Origin: Camelus dromedarius | Taxonomy: Eukaryota | Direction of reading: 5' to 3' | Assembly: GCF_036321535.1 (NCBI RefSeq) | Contig: NC_087443.1 | Coordinates: forward strand, 79,360,001 to 79,424,000 | DNA length: 64,000 nt | Part shown: in pieces, positions 59,200 through 64,000 of the stretch | Position numbering within the stretch: the first letter of the stretch is position 1 | Layout of the letters: each line of letters begins with the position of its first letter | Program-made: the position numbers and the translations under genes | Notes under the pieces: generated by a model | The model's database searches: none | The model's input: the letters and a program-made list of their open reading frames with translations, nothing else | What the model was told of the DNA's origin: nothing

Positions 59200-60620
59200 T
59201 GATTTTTAAAAGTCTATTTCCTAGCTCTGTCCACTGAAAGGTCTAGAAGCAATGTTACCCCCCTCCAGGAAAATATCCTACATCTTGTATTTTGGTCTCC
59301 TCTAAAAAGGAGCCAGGGCCCACCAGAGAAAGAGCTGATTCAAGATCTGGGTCAGAGAAAGTACAAAATAAGCCGGGATAGCTTGTGTCAAACAGCAAAG
59401 AAACATCCAAAGACTCTCGGGGGCCATGTCAAAAGGATGCAGCAGCCAGCTCAAAGGGACTCCCAATGCCCCAGTTTGGGACAATATAAGCGTCACAAAA
59501 ATAATTATAATTTCCTAAGACATATGCATATGGGTGCATATTAAAATTTATGCATCCATCATGATACTCAAGGAGGAATCCAAAAAAACAAAACAAAACA
59601 AAAAACTTGTTTCCAATAAAGATGACTATTTCACCAACATCTTCCTCTTAGAATTGGTCAGTGAAGGAAAGAATCATGTAATTTTCTGGTGTTTTTAATA
59701 TAAATCATAGTTAAGGGTAAACCAAGTAAATCCAGTTGATGACAGAAAGCTCTATTTTATAGAAAAATGACAGTTAATGAATGTTAAAGAATAGCAGAAT
59801 TAGAACATTTCCATTTTGCAGCCCCTGATAGAGTAATTGATTCAGGCAGCAACTATCAATGGAAAAAAAAGTCAATAGCAATCCTTATCTGTGGATACCT
59901 CTATGCGGGGAACTGGATTTTTTTTTTATTGTATCTGAGTATCATCCCATGGATTAGCTCCTAATGGCCTTTGCAATGTCACTCCTTTAGCCCAATGATC
60001 AAACCCAGAGTCAGAGAGAGGGGACCAACCTGGCACTGCATGCCTCCCGATGTGATGGGGTAAAACCACGTAATCTCAGTCTGCACCAATCCTGAGACCT
60101 AACTTCCTGTCTAAAGGAAATGCAGGGAATATGGTTGCAAGTTACACATCACCAGGAGAAAACAGACAAATCCTGATGGCACAGCTGCTCTTTCAAAAAG
60201 TCAATGCCTTTAAATAAACAGTTTGAGGGCAGCAGGAGGAAGGGGCTGTCCTAGAATAAAAGAAACAAAAGGAACCCGACAAACCCAGGAAAGCTCTCAT
60301 GGGCATTTTGGACTCCGCTCTGAAAAGAAAAGGGCTTTTTAACTTTCTAAAGTTACTTTGGGAAAATTGAAGAAATTTAAGTATGAAGTGTGTATTAGAT
60401 AATATGAAAGAATTACTGCTAATTGGTTACTTGTGATTATAATGGTGTGGTTACATAGGAAAATGTCTCTCTTTTTAAGAGTGATTAGCGTTTAAGGGTA
60501 AAGAATCAAAAAGATTTATATTTTACCTTTAAAGGATTCAACAACAAAGTACACACATACACAGAGGTGAGGCAAAGGCAGCAACAATTTACACACTTAA
60601 GTTCATTGTTTGGTCTCTTT
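59200..60620 (+). mobile_element. L1MC-type 3' UTR
   Basis: gtccactgaaaggtctagaagcaatg...aaaaggagccagggc...gaaagtacaaaataagcc...catgtcaaaaggatgcagcagccagctcaaagggactccc. Same family as 9470-12480. Confidence 0.8.
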
Positions 60621-60904
60621 TAGAATAAAAGTGAAAATATATAAAATTTAGAATAGTTTTAAAGTCAGTGAGGTGAGATCTGTTTAAACATTGTATTTCA
60701 GTACAGCCAGGTTTTTTCTCGTAAGACACTAGCGAATACTTGGAGAAAATATATTGTAAAAAAGTCTTTCCTCAGTTTCATATCAAGGATGTGGATAACA
60801 TATTTAGGTACAAAAGTATATTTAACATGTAGGGAGACAAACTGTAAAGTCAGGACCCCTTCTACAGACCAATGGACGATTGACTGAATGAGAAAAAGTG
60901 AATA

Positions 60905-61090
60905 CCAGTACATACCATGCAGTGAGTAATTCTGCATGCGTGATCACATTTAGTCTTCATAATAGCCTATGAGATGGGCACTGTTAGCGCCTCTTTGCAG
61001 ATGGAGAAACTGAGACTTGGAAAGTTTAACAGTTCACTCACCCAGGTGTTTGGGACTAGAGCCAAGACTTGAGTCCAAGTCTATCCGTAG
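60905..61090 (-). mobile_element. MIR SINE
   Basis: cacatttagtcttcataatagcctatgagatgggcactg...tgcagatggagaaactgagacttggaaagttta...ggactagagccaagacttgagtcc. Confidence 0.75.
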
Positions 61091-61789
61091 CTAAAGTTCT
61101 CATCTCCTACATTTGTCAGCTGAAGAAAGGTGTGGCAGTCAGCACAGTCCAACGTTGCTTCAATTATTTTTCTCAGTGGTAAGAGTTTGAAGTAAATTTC
61201 AGTTATGAACTACCATGGGCTGGTGAGGAAACAGGATAAATATTAATTGAGAGACTTAATACATCAAAGCACTTCACAGGTGGGGGGAGAAATGGAATTC
61301 AGAGGTGGAATCATTGACCTAAGTCCCATTGCTAGAGACAGGGTTCAGGCCAAAACTGGGTTGATAACCGGGCCTGAGCCCTTGACCACAGCAACCCCTG
61401 ACCCGACCCCTTCTAGAATGAAAAACTGGGCACCCATATCTAATTCTGGAGCTTGGAACACTCTTTGAAAGACAAGAACTGCTAAAATCAAGGACAGTTT
61501 TTGCTGACATTGTAAATGATCCATTCGAACACCAAAAACCCCTGACTTCTCTCCAATCTTGAATGTTTAAAAAGGTAAGCCACCAGTCAGCCTTGAACAT
61601 CAGTGGATGTGCCTTACTTGGAGTACCACACAGGGCACGGTGAGATGTAAGGACACAGGGCAGGGTCTTGCCCAGGAAAGGCGTAGTCGCCATGAGAAGC
61701 AGGAACCTCCTTGTCACCACAAAGTGGAGGTTACTGAACTGGGGTGACATGGCTCCATTTGGTGTTTGGCTTTTGTTTTTAAGTTTTCT

Positions 61790-62000
61790 ATTCCTGTGTG
61801 ACAAACTACCATAAACTTAGCAGCTTAAAGCAGTATCACTCATTAGCTCACCTTCTGTAGGTCAGATATCCAGCAAGGCATGGCTAGGTTCTCTGCTCAG
61901 GCTAAAATCAAGGTGTTGGCCATCACATCTGGACTTTAGTCCTCTTCCAAGGTCATTCCTGCAATTGACAGAATTCAGTTCCTTGTGGCTGTTGGACTGA
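61790..62000 (-). mobile_element. MaLR LTR fragment (MLT1E/F-like)
   Basis: gacaaactaccataaacttagcagcttaaagc...ctgtaggtcag...gctaaaatcaaggtgttggc...gcagaattcagttccttg-like text. Confidence 0.7.
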
Positions 62001-62075
62001 AGTTCCTGGATGGCTGTGGGGGAAGGCAATGCACGCCCAGATGGATGATAAAAACGACAGCATCATTAGTTAATG

Positions 62076-62279
62076 CAGAAGTTTTCAATCAGGAGTGATT
62101 TTGGCCCCACAGGGAACCACTGGCAATACTTTAAGACATTTTTGGTTAACACAACAGAGGGTTATTGCCAGCATCTTGTGGGTAGAGGCCAGAGACACTG
62201 CCAAACATCCTACAGTGCACAGGACAGTACAGAATTACCCAACCCAATATGCCAATAGTGATGACGTTGAGAAACCGAG
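62076..62279 (+). mobile_element. MER20 hAT MITE, full length, with 8-bp TSD
   Basis: Follows MER20 along its length (gtgattttggcccc...tgggtagaggccagagacactgccaaacatcctacagtgcacaggacag...gttgagaaacc). Flanks agttaatg (62068-62075) and aattaatg (62280-62287) match 7/8. Confidence 0.9.
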
Positions 62280-64000
62280 AATTAATGGTGGGTAGTTAAA
62301 GCCACAAGTGTGAGGAAAGGGCCTGGAACAGAGCTCTAAGTGGAGGGCAGGCCACCCCGGAGCTTGAGAAGGAGCCAGAGAAGAGGAAATAAACCAGAGG
62401 ACGGAATGAAAAAGCAAGTAGAAAAAGGGTTGTGATTCTGGAATGTACGAAGAGCTCCTGAGAGGCAAGCAAAATGAGGAAGAGCGATCATTGGACTTAG
62501 GGTGACAGAGGCCAGTGGACACGGTGCCTGAGCAGTTTCGGCGCAGTCGTGGGGGTGGACTCCCGTCTGGGCTGCAGAAGGAGTGTGTCTCCAGAGGGGT
62601 AACAGGCCAACAGCCAACAGAGGCAACTCTTCGAGAAGCTGGGCTGCTGAGAAGCAGAGAGAGACAGTGGGGAGGAAGAAGGGACGCCTCTCCCACGGCG
62701 ACCAGAGGAAGGAAGACAGGGGTGACGCAGCTGCAGGTGGACTTGGAAGTTTGGGAGAGGAAGGTTGGGGAGACCTACTCACAAAGTGGGCAGCGGAGTC
62801 ACTTTCGAGGATGAAGGAGAAGGCAACAGGGCAGAGGTTTGAGGAGGGGACCGGTTCTGTTTAGGAACTCTGGGCAGAGGCCCCAGGACCCAGGAGAAGT
62901 GGAAGACTCTGGAGGCAAAGCCTTGTTCCTTATTGTGTCCTCCTGCTGAGTTTTTGTTGTTCTTGTTTTTATCTATTTTTCCTCTTGGAAAGAATTCTCA
63001 TCAGAGTTCCATCCAAGACTGACTCAAATGTTAAAACGTTTTTTTCCCCAAGTGACTGTACTCCATCGACTGATACTCATGAGTCCAACGTGTGGAAAAA
63101 TAAGGAAATGATTACAGTTTTGGTGGAGGATGGGCACTGGGCTCAGAAAGCAAAGAAAGGTGATTAAAACACGGCCACTCCTGCACAGCACAAACCGTGA
63201 TGGCTTTTAGAATGTAAAATTGAGGGAAATTACATGAAGAGTCATCTAATTTTCTTAGATGTCCTGAAACTCACAGGAATGAAAGAGTTACATTAACAGA
63301 AAGAAAGGTTATTAAAATGAAAGGAAATTGGAAAGAACTCTCATCCTTTTAAATTCTTTTACATTACAAGACATGACTTAGGCTGTCCATTCAAGATCTC
63401 TGGTTTTATTATCACGTAGTACAGTTAACTGTAGATACAATTGATTCCTTCTCCGAGTCATCGTGTCACTCCACCAAGACAAGCGTCTTCTACATTTGAA
63501 GTCCTGGACAGTCAAAAGCCCGCACAAGGAGCACCAGTTTTTTTCCTGGTGTCCCTGCAGCTGTCACACAGCAGCTGCGGGGACAAAGGGAAGAGTGGGC
63601 TGCCCTTTGTGGGGTCAAGCCCGCCCACCTGGCTGTATTCCCCTTCTTCACGCTTTTTCTCCATCACCTGCATAGTTCCGGTCAAGAAGAGCTGCACAAC
63701 TTCTGTGATGCTCCATCCTCGTGAAGCATGGTTTCTGGAAAGCTGCCTCCTCACCAGCAGCCATTTCAAAGTGTCAGGTTTGGAAACCTGCTCCACTCTC
63801 AGGGAGCTAAGTGTGGTTACTCTGGAGGGGAGCTGATTCTCAGTGTGCTCCCAACGAGCACAGCCAAGTCATGCCTGCAACCATTTTTGCTGACGGAAAG
63901 CCACTTTCTTTAGGATACAGTCACCGAAAATCTTGTCCCATGTACGGGGACATATGTGTTTAAAACTGTGAGGACATACTGAAAATCTCAAAACTGAGAG

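Noticed and set aside
1-64000. CRISPR arrays, operons, defence systems, NUMTs, snRNA/rRNA copies, processed pseudogenes
   Set aside because: No regularly spaced repeat-spacer structure, no gene-dense coding DNA and no recognisable RNA-gene or mitochondrial sequence; this is mammalian non-coding DNA.

Overview
Mammalian nuclear DNA, most likely camelid (camel/llama/alpaca). The evidence is a tRNA-derived SINE at ~53.6 kb resembling the camelid Vic-1 family and several young L1 3' tails of camelid/cetartiodactyl type. The window looks intergenic or deep-intronic. I recognise no protein-coding gene, RNA gene or prokaryotic-type system; the ORF-track entries look like chance ORFs, repeat-derived frames or N-run artefacts. 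A large share of the window is fossil mobile DNA: old L1M fragments, L2, MIR, MaLR/ERVL and ERV1 LTRs, and hAT MER5/MER20/Charlie. There is an assembly gap at 4103-4550. The most notable structures are: (i) an ERV1-type solo LTR inserted in inverted orientation inside a related LTR (770-1358, TATC target-site duplication); (ii) a repeat-poor 44-49.5 kb stretch with a cluster of TALE/homeodomain motifs; (iii) an orphan CpG-rich island at ~53.9-54.3 kb headed by an inverted GTCT/AGAC pair around TAATTA; (iv) young L1 insertions that may be polymorphic. A few exon-shaped segments are listed as low-confidence leads; the ones I tested do not join into a coherent reading frame. All repeat family names come from recalled consensus similarity, not a database search, so subfamily labels and most boundaries are approximate.
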